Shown here: piece by piece, positions 51,501 through 64,000 of the stretch | How the letters are laid out: every line of letters begins with the position of its first letter | Position numbering within the stretch: the stretch's first letter is position 1 | Origin: Balanoglossus misakiensis | Lineage: Eukaryota; Animalia; Hemichordata | Length of the DNA stretch: 64,000 bases | Assembly: GCA_040954595.2 (NCBI GenBank) | Contig: CM082596.2 | Location: 1,889,854-1,953,853 of the forward strand | Direction: 5' to 3' | Notes under the pieces: model-generated | The model's input: the letters and a program-made list of their open reading frames with translations, nothing else | Told to the model about the DNA's origin: nothing | The model's database searches: none | Translations under genes and position numbers: made by a program

Positions 51501-54500
51501 CCTTGGCATTCGGATTGAGAGTTGGTGTCTTTGGAGTGACCTGCAAAGTAATAAAAGATAATGCAGTTGTCATTTCTTTGTCAACATTTTATTAGCTATA
51601 GCCAAGCAATGAGGGATCTCCCAACACTTTGTCTGCTCAGCTAAGCCTTTCATGAACGTAAATAACAACGACATCAACTACAATATTTTCTCGTTTCTGG
51701 CAGTGTAACAAACCACAAACCATTTATTGAATGTGAACCAACATGCTTTTGTGGTTGATTTCCCGCCAGAGTTAAGGCCATGTTATCAACCGGGACTACT
51801 TTCCAAAGTGACCTCTGTATTCCTCCACCACACTTAGTGGTCATTAAAAGGGGTGGTCAGGACACAAGATCTGATGTCATTGTATTTCATTGTAAGTCAT
51901 GTGCATAACAATAAGAAAGTAGCAGACAATAGTTACCTAGGACAACAATGGCAGGTGTGCAGAAAAGCCAGTGTACTATGACGTTCACTGGTGGGTTGTT
52001 TACTACAGTAAATCCACGGGTATGAACCACACACTCAATACACACACCCACCAGCATTACATGTAACATAATTATCAGCATAATGAGATACCATCAAGTC
52101 TAACACAGAAATCTAAAAACAAAATTTTACAAAATGTTCACACAATGATATTACATGGCATGTTCATTCATTGTTGTGCCATCTTGTAAACATTTTCCTG
52201 AATAGATATACTTGCAACAGAAAATGTTTATATTTCAATGCATCTAACTTCCGAAATACAAATTAGATTTAGAGCTTAAATGACCTTTGACATCTTCTAC
52301 CACCAAGTAAGTAAACGTGAAAATATTACAACAGAAAACAAGGCAGAATGTCTGCTCTACTTATGGACACAGCCAAAGGCCAGCACCTACACCCAGTCTG
52401 AATTATGTCAATAGAAACCAATCAAATTACTTCCCTGATTCCATTGAATTATTCTAAATATTTGAACTGCACGTGTACATACTAAAATTCACTATCTAAT
52501 GCCATCCACTTCACCATAACCAAAGATTGTAATCAAACATTTACTGTTGTAAACATGTGGAGTACAAATGTACTATAAATCTATTTGAAAGTAACAAAAG
52601 CGTCAAATTATATTTGTCTCATACATGTACTATCCTGTACAACATACAATTTATATCTGAAGCTCTGCAATACCTGCTTTTGTTTACACTCACTTCAACT
52701 TAACAGGCCATGTCATTTGCATGACAGTCCAGTTGTTATGATAATGAGTTTATCAGCTGATTCTCATTAATTAAGTTATTGTTCTGGGAAGAACACTGGA
52801 CTACATACAGATTTCTCCACTGGTACAACTGTTTTTCTTGCAGTCATTAAATGATGTAATGTAGGAATGCGTCACTGGGCATCACCTTGGACGAAACAAC
52901 TATTCAAGAACCTCTTGCAGTGAACTTGCACGTGCATATTTTAATCGTTTAAATGTATTGTTATTTACACAGTAAATCACTGGGAGTACAGAGTTCACGA
53001 ATGGGGACAACCCTAAAATGCTATAGTAAACATATTTTGGTTGGGCCAGGTCTGGTCAAATGCCATGGCAGACACCTGTTGAGATTTTCAGGTCAACCAA
53101 ACAGCATGTTGGCAGGTGTACTTTGAGCTTATCAAATGTCAATACCTGTTGCACAAATTCTCATTTAGTACAACACAGAAAAATTACTGACCTACAGACA
53201 ACCTTGTGACACCTGTAAACCCAGCCAAAAGCCTAGAGCAGGGAAATAACTGTAGTATCAGTTGACTGGTCTGTACTTGTAAGATAAAGATCACTAGTGG
53301 TACAGGTACGAGTTAAGTACAATACTGTATACTGGTCAATTTAATGAAATAGTATTTTGATTGATTAGACAACATGATGCATCTGGAACTATGACATGTT
53401 TGTGGCAATCAAACCATTTACTCAACATAAAAATGCCAGTTTCAATCGCTTCACATGATGACTACCTCTGACAATAATTTTACAATAAAACTTCAGTATT
53501 CCTTCTATGAATGCTGACTGACAGGCAAATTAAATGCACGCACATCATGGTGAGGGGTATCTTAATAATATTGGGACACGGTACATGCAGTTCGTTTCAC
53601 ACGTATGCAACCGACAACAGGTAATAACATGAAACAATTGTTGATTGAGACTACTTAGGATGCTGAAAAACAGCACAGACTAACATTTACCATCAGAGGG
53701 CCTCTTCTTATTGCCATAAAAGGAAATGAACGTCTGCATGTGTTAGTTGACCCTTGACACGACAGAACGTCATGTGAACTCACTGGCAACATGTTAGCAG
53801 CACATTTTTTCCATATGGCTGGCAAATCAGGGACATTTTTAAAATGTTAGAAACATCACAGCAAAATTTCTTGTGTAACAGACACAAAATGTAATTCATT
53901 TTCTATATTTTACCAAATTCAGGCTCCTGGGCTCTAAGGAGAAATGTGATGCAGTAATTATTGCAGGGGGAGGGGGACGTGAAAATAATATAGTTTCTTT
54001 ATGTGACGTCTAGTAGACACGTGGGTAATTGCACAAAGAAAGATCTGGGGTGGGGTGTCCTAGAACAAGTATTTGTGGTACAGGTACATGTAATTATTGA
54101 CAAACAGGTAAAACGAAATATATTCTTGAACTTTCACCCTTCTGTTTGCCAAGCAGTCTGAGCATTAGGTAAAAGGTAGATTACTCTTTCAAAGGTATTG
54201 CCCACATACACAGCAAACAAAGCTAGGTTACAAATGAGCGTTGTTCTCAACAAGATATTTGATAACGATGTAAATGTCCCTTCCAAGTTTAAAGCTCCTA
54301 ATTTTATGTGTTTTTATTTGTCGATCCTTTCAGAAATGTAGCTCATTTAGACAATCCCTTCTACAAAGAAATTGATCTCTTCTACAGCTTGGCCTGTAAA
54401 AGCTTTACGGTGCTTACTTGTGAATGAATGGTTTGTAAATGAACCATGAATATGAAAAGGAGTATCAACAAACTCAACAAGAGTTGGTACCTGACACAGA

Positions 54501-57500
54501 GTAACCTGGACAACTAGAGCATGTGATGTGACCCTGGCTCATGTCCATCGAGGCCATCACATGTCATCAAGAACACACTACACAAAGGTTGCATGGATCT
54601 AACAAGTCTCGGTGAACAGACACACCCCCAACTGGGATATCTCGCTGTCTAGCCTCTTTTGTAAATGTGGGAGAGACATTTTTTTTTGTTATCTGCAAGG
54701 TTATCAGGACCAGCAGAAAATCAAAGAGGATGCCTTTTTTCTTTGCATAGGATAGATTAATCTTTCCATGTACAAACTATGTCTCATTTAGAGACCCAGG
54801 TAGGTACAAGTTCTAAAACAGAAGTGGTTCAGGTTATAGACTTACACGAACTATCAAGTTCTGACAGAAAGTGATTAGTGACATACAATACAATATTGAC
54901 AAAGAATTAAATAGATATTTAAATGTCAATTTCTTATAATTATTCCTGGGTATCAGTGTTATATCAGTAAAGCCACGTGTAACAAATCGGTAGCAGTTCA
55001 TAATCCCTAACCCTAACATCTACAACATGCCAGCATGCTTTCTCCATATTCAATAGATTCGTTTGGTAAAGTGAGACAAGCATATAGGAAGCAGAAAAAT
55101 GGGACAAGTGTATGTATGTAGGTTAAGTTTACTCCTGGTCAAATTCAAATTGAATTTCTAGTGATCGCCATGAAAGTTTTGTCAGCTCCAGGTAATACCT
55201 AAGGTTAAAGGTCACTTGGTCACACCTTGTAAAATGTACACAAATGAAATTTTGCCTGATGGCAATAAGATATGTACTATGCAAGTCTACTTACACAATT
55301 TAATTTTACCATAAACTCAGACAACTATCAGCAAGTAACACCGTCCAACAATTCCATGAACATGCTAAATTTCACAGCCATGTGTTTCAAATACCTGTCA
55401 GAGAAATTAATTTAATTTGGCCAACCTTTTCATCAGACTTATCTCACATGTTTTAAAGCTAAAGTAAAGGACTGACAACAGGATACAATCTATGTGTCGC
55501 TAGATTGTAATAAAAGACAATGGATTACAACGAACTTGGATTTAAGCCATAAAACATGTTTATCAGACTTTTCAAAAGGCTTCAGCAAGTTGAGTCGTTA
55601 CAAACATATTAAAATACGTGTACCCCTTAAAATCAAAGGCATCGCAAAAACGCGTGGTTAAAGACTAGCAAGAAGAACAGTGCAGTTTCATCCTACACGA
55701 GTTACAGAACCACATGGGGCCACATGTCAGGGTAATGCATAATTTATGCATACTTATCACATTGGTTGAAATGGGACACATTGAACCTCAGTATGAAGAG
55801 ATAACCTTTGTTTCTACTAAAAAGCTATTTAGAAATGAAAGGTACAAAATTAATAGAAAGGCCTTTCTGCATTCAATGTGCGCTACGTGTATATGGCCAT
55901 ACACCATACCTTGTGATTGAATTTCTAATGTAACTGAAATAAATGATAATGATCATGTCCCAAATTACTTATGAATGAACTAGTTTCTTGTCTGAACTAT
56001 CAGAAATTTCAGACACTTTTCAAGTTATCTTGATTGCACGCCAACCTAAAAACTGCTCTGTAATGCTGCATTAGCAAAGATCACTCTTCTAACATGCCAC
56101 ACCCCCTCAGAACACCCTTTCTGTGCCCCTTCCCTCAACGATCAGCTGTGACATCCATATGTCTGATCTGTTCTAACTTCTAAGAGTGGCCCAAGCTCCC
56201 AATTTGAAACACCTACAAAGTTCAAGTACTCTGGTACAATCAATCAGAAAGCAGCTTCAATGAATCCACCTCCAATCTATTTTACTACTAAGTATTTGAG
56301 GCCCTTCAATATCAAAAGGTCACCAAGCCAAAGGTCGGTCTGGTGATGACCCTGTTTATCTTGTAAATACCACAGGTAACATGCATACTCACAAGTTGCT
56401 CAGAAGAGCCACCTGCAAGAAATCAGCTGCACATTTTTGATTGGTAAACAGCCATTTCATTTTAAAACTTTCATATAATGCTAAATTATCGTAAAATTAT
56501 TAGCTTGACGGTCAGGACAGTATCTTTATCGATAATGTTTAGCATATCACAGCTGTTTAAAATACAAATTTTACCATTATCATTATTTTTTTATCACGGT
56601 TATCTCAACTCAAACCAGTTGAGTTGCAATCTCCCTTATTTGGTATGATCAAGGTGTGCTTGCAATTGCTGAATTAAGTTAAATTTAATGCCTTGGTATC
56701 AGAAACATTACCAACTGTGATCTCAAGGGGAAGTCCAGTGTGAGGCAATCCAATTCAACAGAAATATGTACACAATTCTGATGACTGATGATTCAATGTG
56801 TTTCATCAGCCAAAATATTACAAATTAATTTTAAATCCTCATAACCGACAATTAACCAGTGTCTAGTATTGAAAGATGACGACGTTGTCCCTTTAAATCT
56901 ATAATGGCCGCTATTAAATGGCAAAACGCTTGAATATCTGATATATTTACCACCATATGGTTATGCAGTAAAATTAGAAATAATTTTGCTGCATGTTTTA
57001 ACTTCAGGCAGAAGTACATTTATGCCAACTACATATTAATGAACAATTAATAAATGCCACCTATGTTGTGATTTATGACTAACGGGTTACACAGATTATG
57101 CCGAGTTGCTTTTCAGAGGGGGAACTGTGAGAGCAAAGGCATCTTGTATTATCCCGTACATGTACCTATCCCCTTGTTTCTATTTACAGAGACAACCACA
57201 CTATTTATACAATAAAAATGTTCCTGTGGCTAATGATTTTGTAGGGCTTCATCTGCTATATGTGGGTCAAGTTCAAACTAACTAATGTCGCTAGTGCCAG
57301 ACAGCTAAAATTAGATAAAGTAAGTTCTCCTAGCCCTAACGGCGGGCTGTGCAGGGGAAACCATAATATCATGAACGTCATCGATTTCGTATGTCAGTTT
57401 CGACTACAGCCATTATCAACCATGCTGCTTCCGGGGTATACGTGTCCCCGCCCCATCTTGGCACGAAGCACTTGTATGCACCGCACCAAAATGTCTTTTT

Positions 57501-57612
57501 AAGCTGGCCAATACTATGCGAGGGTAAACGCTCCTAATGATAACATATTTCATAATCTTACCGGTTGGTTGAGATGCAGCTCAGCCCCGCCGTTACCCCG
57601 GTCGGAAGTCAT
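45558..57612 (-). CDS. LARP4: La-related protein 4 (LARP4/4B family), ~771 aa, 12 coding exons
   Basis: Exons 57612-57562 (MTSD.., like the LARP4B start), 51540-51351 (PAM2 LNPNAKVF), 50210-49958 (QLEYYFSR), 49834-49698 ([27 protein letters not shown], La motif), 49170-49067, 48719-48555 ([25 protein letters not shown]), 48284-48033, 47865-47771, 47541-47272, 46757-46529 (FPPLPG, LADILKG), 46310-46044 and 45860-45558 (KPSYAQM). Phases are consistent; total 2316 nt. Confidence 0.93.
51007..51088. mobile_element. piggyBac-type MITE copy in a LARP4 intron
   Basis: ataa-ccctttcacc ... ggtgaaaggg-ttaa, with perfect 10-bp TIRs. The interior matches the 13462 copy. Confidence 0.7.
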
Positions 57613-60260
57613 GGGCGGCAAGCTAGCTGGGTCCACACAGTACTGCCCGACACTACAACTACCAGGTAAACAAGGATCCGATATGGTGCCAGACGTACCT
57701 ACAATCGTCAAATACAAGCATCTATAATTATACAATCACAAAACACCGTTCAAGTCGAAATCGCGGCGACAACAAACTAAGAAGCACATGGTCTGGGTGG
57801 AGGCGGAAAATGTATGTGATCGACCACAGCACATAAAATGTCTCGCCACAGTTACCGAGAATGTTATATGGCAACACACACACCCAACACCACCCAAACT
57901 TCGAACTCTAATACACAATCCATCAGAATAATTGGCTTACAATTAAACTATATAAGGTATAATTCACGATTGTATTAAAAAATACTGTTATATTGAGAAT
58001 TCTGCAACGTAATTCTGACGCCGTATGTTATATCTAGAATGGAGAATGTATACGTATACGCGAGTCAAATACATTAGCGAAAACATAGTGAAACCGTGGG
58101 AGACTTTCAATATGGACGCCTTGTTTCGACGAAATACGGAGGAAACCTGGTCAGATCTGTGGTGACTGATAATGGAGACAGGAAATTCTGGCAGAATATT
58201 GATAAATTCTTAAAATTATGGCCACTAACCACCCCTTATTTTGCTGACTTGGATCCAGCCAGCACGTGACATAATGGCGGATTTTTCCCAAAACATGCAG
58301 AGCACATCGTGCAATATTACTTACTTGGCTGGTTGATTTGAGAGTGTACGATCAACGGAAAGTCTCGAAATCTCACGGACGAACACTCCAATATCTAATA
58401 TACTACCTGTGGTAGTCCTAGACTGGGAAAACTCGTTCAGGGGTAAAAAAATTCACAACCGAAATGTGACAGATCCCTTCCTGGTTACCCCAGTCGGTGT
58501 GTATGTTGGAAAGGTGACATGGTAATTAGCATGCAATCCGCCCAACGTAGCCCTCCGCTAGACACAGAAACATAGTTCTTAAATATTACACTGTTTTATT
58601 GGTCTGAAAGATGATTTATTCTAGTAATTTTAGATGTATCGCATTTTTATAAGAAAGATGATAATATACACCGATTTTTCCTGTCGTTCACTCGAATTTG
58701 GCGACACTGTGGTGTGTCTATGGAGTGAGAGGCCAGGCTTGTCGCATTGCGGCATCGACACCGTGCGTAACAGACAGAGAAACCCCGTGGACCAACCGGC
58801 TTATTAGCATATGCAGAAAAATCCCGTCCTCGTCTGTGCGATGTGCCCTTGGCTTCACGTTTTATTTACACGATCACCGACCATTTGATCAAGGCGATTA
58901 AAACTTTCCTGTGTAATCAATAACTTTTCTCTCGTACACGCGTGTGCGCACTAATCTGTTTGTCCGCGCTGATTTCGCAAACATTTTCCTCTCATCAAAC
59001 ATAGCTGTTTCCTATAAGTTTTCGGTGACTTTTGAAAGTTTTTGCGCAAAAAAAAAAACATTTTAACTCGAAAAAGTTTCCAATTTACAATTGTTACTGA
59101 TAGTTTCCATATTTTTCCTGGTTATATTTCCCAGCTTTGACTTATACATTTTGTACAAAATATTATTCCCTGAAGGCCAAATCTCTTACTACGTAGGTAT
59201 GTCACGTGAAAAAAAAAAAATGGTAAACTTAGAAAACTGTACTGGTAGACTTTTGCATTGCTAGATGCACAGTCACACACAGTCCGAAGGGATAAAATTA
59301 AATGCCTTTAAGTTTGTGCTATTTTCTTTTTATTGTGCACCATGTGTACGAAACCTTCTGTTCAAGGTACCAAATTTAATGGTGTACAAATAGTATCTTT
59401 GGAGTAACATGCCCAAGAAAGCTACTTTCACCTATAGTTTTCACCGTGAGTTTTCGCATTACATGTATTCTATACCCAGTGCAAACATAGAGGGAGATGT
59501 TTATGAACATGTGGGGGGACCAGTCAAAATTACTCCCCCCCCCATCAACACACCCACCCACCAATTTTCTGGAGTTAGTGTGAATGAAGCTTGAAGTGGG
59601 ACCCGTTTTCAGAACTGTTGAGTAAAATGTTGTCTGAAGATTTGCATTACATCAGCATCTCAAAGTTGAGTGATTTATAACATATCTATTGGTACCCATA
59701 TTATGGTAATAAATAGACTGTACTTACACAGGTCAAGTAGGTACCTTACAAAGGTGTAAATTTTACCTGTATAGCAAAAGGTCTGGCGACAAGACACACT
59801 GTCCGATTACAATCTCCATTGTCTTTTCATCAACAGGTCAGATATTGGTTAAAGGCATCCATTTTGGAGAGCTACATGATCTCATGTGCACTCCCAAGTT
59901 TTCAGTAGTCAAATCTTCAAATTGTACACCTCTATAATTACTTGCACGTGTGTGGAGGATATTTGTGAGAAATGTAGGGATGGTTACATGCATGCTGTAA
60001 AATATCAATGGATGCAAAAATGGTAAACAATTTACATGGCCCCTGTATGACCTTTACATCCTGGCACTTTGTTGGTATAAAGTCAACCATACAACAGAAC
60101 TTGGCATGTCAGTCGCTGTGCCTGTCAATAAGGAATGGAACTTTATAGACCAGGAAGTCTGAATTTCACCCCATCACAGGTCCCAACATCTTACATGTAA
60201 CCATGCCAACTGTTCAACAAACAAACCTGACAAGCTGTTTTATAGGAACACAAGGGAAAC

Positions 60261-60266
60261 TTTATT
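60261..60266 (-). other. Probable polyadenylation signal of eIF1
   Basis: AATAAA on the minus strand ~830 nt after the stop, following a U-rich tract. Confidence 0.4.
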
Positions 60267-61099
60267 GCAATTAAACAACTATGAAAACTACAGATAGGAA
60301 AAACTAAAAGGAAAAGAAATGTTTTACAAGAAATAATAGTACTACAATCTGAATCACAAAGAACTAGACAAAGAAAACTAGGACAGCAGTTGTACATATT
60401 ATAAAACACGTCTGGACCTTTGCATTTGAAGTGTTGACATCTTTTTCAGTCTAGTCACTCTTCAGATAGTTCTTTAAAAAAAGATAACCAAGTTTGTCAA
60501 AGGTATACATGTACAAACTATTAGAAGATGCTTTGCATATATCCGAGTTGTCAAGAGTCAGACTGTTTATGAATTCTGCAGCCGACATGCACTTTTCAAG
60601 TGTTTATAGCATCACAGAAATTACAGAAAGTTCTCCTCTCAAAAAAGGTAGTACCTGTCTATTGAAATAGAATTGTCATTGGTTTAGTTGTTACATACAA
60701 AATATTTGGCTCAAAATAATTTATTCATCTTTGCGAGTTTGTGATCACCTTGCAATGTGCACTCGTCTGAAAGGTCTAGTCTGCCTCCTGAAAACAGATT
60801 TGAAATAATGGACATCAGCAGAAACATTCCAATGCCTTGGTCTTTCTAGTACTGTGTCCATCTTAAAAAACCATCTACATGTACACAGAAACTTTACAAC
60901 TTCACAAATACAAAGGATTGGTGGGTTAAAAAAACTGGCAACAGAAATTTGTTTTGCAAGTACAATCTGGGTTTCGGATCTATGTTGACAAAAATCTTCC
61001 CTAGCCTAGTCTTATAGAACTACTTTCAAAATACTCATTGAGTGTTATACTTCTGATGGATTCAGACTCTCATTGGGCCTGACTGTGGTTTCTAGGGGT

Positions 61100-62807
61100 T
61101 TAGAAACCGTGAAGCTTCAGCTGTTCAGCCTTGGCAATTCCGATCTCCAGCAAGAAACTTTTGATTCTTTGCCTCTGGTCACCTTGCAGCTGTATGACCT
61201 CACCGTACTCAGGGTGTTCAACTACTGTACCATTGCAGGCAAATTCCTGGAAGAAAGCAGAGATTATCATAAGTTTAGGGTTATTATTTATTTTTTTTGC
61301 TGGCAACACTTACATTCACACACCAGCATCGGTACTGTGGTTGATCAGTTCTAATTGATTCTCAGGAGGATTGAACTTTTTTAATTTTCAAATAAAATGA
61401 GTTGCCACAAAACAGCCACCACAAGGTCAGATTCATGACCCAGTTGTAACCTTGTGTATCAATCAAAGTATTTTCAAGTATTATTGTAACAACTGTATGT
61501 CTCCTGACCCCAAGATCAAACATCGATGCAAAATACCAAAATATGAAAATGCCCAAAAAATGTAAGTAATATTTATGCTTACCCGTTTGCATGCACGCAC
61601 CAGTTTTCTCTTATCGTAGTCGCCTGATATTCCCTGTACTGTAGTAAGGGTTTTTCTTCCGTTACGTTGCTGAATTCTGGAGGAGAAAGCATAAACAATC
61701 CAATGAAAAATTTGGCATACATGTATCCATAACAAGACTAAAATCACTTTTAACCACCACGAGCTCCTCCTGTATACCACACACCTGTAGGTCAGACATT
61801 TCCATCAATGAAAGTGTGAAAAAAACTTGCCTTATGTGGATGAACCCTTCTTGTAAGCCCGCGTCGTCTCCTTTGGATGCATCAGCAAAGGCATCTGTAG
61901 AGGGGAGAAGAAACGAGCGTTAGGATACTAGAAGAAATGGTCACAGGCCAAAAAAATTTCAACTGACAATTTCAGTTTAATACTCATCAGTTTTGTCATT
62001 GTTGAAAACTTTATTGTGCTAAGACAACAGCGAAATCATGGGTGGGCAACACGCAGAGAGCTTCCGGTTTCAAATAACCTGTTTGACCTTGGCGTTTGCA
62101 GTGTACAATGCAGTGCGCAATTTTCACGCTGACCATTGATTATCACCACAAAAAATAACTAATAATCAAATATTTTCTTCTTTTATTGCAATATTTCGAA
62201 AACGGAACCTTCTCAAGGGAAAAGTTCGCAGAAAAGTAACCTATTTCCGCTTCCGTCAATTTCGAAATACAACAAAACAACTTGCGTCACAAAAACTGTG
62301 TCACTGGTGTTTATGAAACGGTCGTATCCAATTGCACAGAAATATGTCAACTTCTCTGACGTCAAATAAATTGTTTATCGTTTATGAAAAGTTCGAAAGC
62401 AAAGAAGACGACTCGCATGTAATTTTCACAAGAAATTGAACTCTAATTTCGAGAAATAATCCCTAACAACAACTGAAATTACCGTGGCTGTTCGAGAAAC
62501 AGTGAAATATTCGCCACTACTGCTTTTGTTTATGTCTATTATCAAACACAATTTTTCATTCAAGTTCTTGATCAACAACGTAAATAACAAAAATCTACTA
62601 GCTTTGAACGATGGGCAAAAGACCTCAAAATCGATCGCAACATTCCTTGACCTTCTTGGTTTTAAACATATCCAAGGGCGTATATATCATTGTAATCTAG
62701 AAGTACGCAATGGCCGCCATTTTGCATCCGCCTTTTGAAAAACAACGTAAAATGTACACAGAAATACTGGCAAACTTACCAAACGTTTGGAGATTTTGGA
62801 TCGACAT
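61100..62807 (-). CDS. EIF1: Eukaryotic translation initiation factor 1 (SUI1), 110 aa, 4 exons
   Basis: Exons 62807-62780 (MSIQNLQTF), 61894-61831 (DAFADASKGDDAGLQEGFIHI), 61676-61583 (RIQQRNGRKTLTTVQG..) and 61246-61100 (EFACNGTVVEHPEYGEVIQLQGDQR..LKLHGF*). Intron 2 has a GC donor. Confidence 0.97.
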
Positions 62808-63317
62808 GCGATTGGAGGTGACTTCTGGCTTCCTTGACGAACAAAAACTAAAGTGTCGGATCAGGTACGCGTTGAGGATTACAATAGATTGCGGTGGGCT
62901 ATGCGACTAACACAAGCTGCTCAAAATAGCAAACTGAATGACCGAACGGGGCAGTTGCGCAATTTAATACCACACTATTGACCGCTGGTGGCGCTGTGGA
63001 TGACGTTACAAAATGCTCAGGGTCGTGACCTCTAACGTCATCAAAGCCTTGGGTGAGTCCGATCCCCACAAGCAACTGAGTCACGGTCAAAGTAGGCGTA
63101 ACTTTGAAGATATACTTGGAAAGTGATTAACACTTACGCAGGACAAACTCGGGTGACAATCAGTTATATCGTGAAGGAGAGAGTTACCATTTCCTATCGA
63201 ATCCACAGTCAAAGTGTCTCTAGAGTGATACCCCCGTGTGGAGGTCAAAGGGCACACTGTCCTAACCCTCACCGTCATCGGTTTAAAGGTACGGTATGGT
63301 ATGCGGAAACCTATTCG
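62808..63317. promoter_or_regulatory. Probable bidirectional promoter between eIF1 and SIRT5
   Basis: Head-to-head start codons ~510 bp apart. The interval is CpG-rich relative to the rest of the window, with CRE-like tgacgt and AP-1 tgagtca motifs. A YY1-type motif lies at 62713-62724, just inside eIF1 intron 1. Confidence 0.6.
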
Positions 63318-64000
63318 ATGTTTGCGATCAGAGCTGCAATCACTGTTGGTCGACAGTTAAAGTCGTTGACAGCCATGGCGAGACGACCAAGTTCCGACAT
63401 GGCCGCATTCCGTGAAGACTTTGCAAAGGCGAAACACATCGTAGTCTTGACGGGTGCGGGCGTTAGTGCAGAGAGCGGCATCCCTACTTTCCGTGGGGCA
63501 GGGGGTTATTGGAGACGATGGCAAGCACAGGACTTAGCCACGCCGGAAGCATTTGAAGCCAACCCTTCGCTTGTGTGGGAATTTTATAGCTACAGGCGAG
63601 AAGTTGTTCTGACTAAGAAACCAAATCCCGCCCACGAAGCCATAGCGGCCGCCCAGAAACGATTGGCAAAACAAGGTCGCAAGGTGGTGGTTATCACACA
63701 GAACATCGACCGTTTGCATCAAGCGGCTGGAGCGGATGATGTTATAGAGTTGCACGGAACACTCTTTAAAGTTCGCTGTACCAAGTGCGGAACAGTTCGA
63801 GAAGATACAAACAGTCCCATTGTGCCAGCGCTCGCTGGTAAGGGGGCACCAGACCCGGATGCCGAAGATGCGAGAATACCGACGAAGGATCTACCGAGCT
63901 GTAAAGATCCGGGATGCGGCGCGATAGTAAGACCCCACGTCGTGTGGTTTGGAGAGAGTCTTGACGATCCCATTCTATCAAGAGCCCACGACGAACTTGA
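63318..64000 (+). CDS. SIRT5: NAD-dependent protein deacylase sirtuin-5 (class III sirtuin), runs off the right edge
   Basis: Uninterrupted frame [108 protein letters not shown]. The YxxR acyl-carboxylate pocket of SIRT5 is retained. A second in-frame ATG lies at 63375. Confidence 0.95.
   Translation, partial: MFAIRAAITVGRQLKSLTAMARRPSSDMAAFREDFAKAKHIVVLTGAGVSAESGIPTFRGAGGYWRRWQAQDLATPEAFEANPSLVWEFYSYRREVVLTKKPNPAHEAIAAAQKRLAKQGRKVVVITQNIDRLHQAAGADDVIELHGTLFKVRCTKCGTVREDTNSPIVPALAGKGAPDPDAEDARIPTKDLPSCKDPGCGAIVRPHVVWFGESLDDPILSRAHDEL

Noticed and set aside
63534-63981. Minus-strand ORFs at the right end
   Set aside because: Antisense shadows of the SIRT5 coding sequence.

Overview
AT-rich, intron-containing animal genomic DNA, probably from an invertebrate deuterostome (taxon is inference). 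I rebuilt the exons by hand from splice sites and reading frames and found six genes. (1) The 5' part of a PPAR-like nuclear receptor (minus strand, runs off the left edge, not recognisable from the ORF track). (2) A 34-exon, ~1734-aa DEG/ENaC-family channel whose finger region carries a ~1156-aa in-frame insert of 14 LDLa-type, 4 PAN/Apple and 3 kringle modules on 22 symmetric phase-1 exons. (3) A 6-exon, ~238-aa unidentified gene with an acidic C-terminus. (4) LARP4/4B. (5) eIF1/SUI1, with a poor-context AUG and a GC-AG intron. (6) SIRT5, head-to-head with eIF1, intronless over the visible part and with two in-frame starts. One 14.2-kb intron of the channel is filled by an 87/88-bp satellite (~135 units in layered variant blocks) enclosed by long inverted, hairpin-bearing arms resembling a foldback element. 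All the long ORFs in the track come from this satellite and are artefacts. A ~90-bp TTAA/CCCTT piggyBac-type MITE family is scattered through the window. The strongest candidate for an undescribed system is the receptor-channel chimera.
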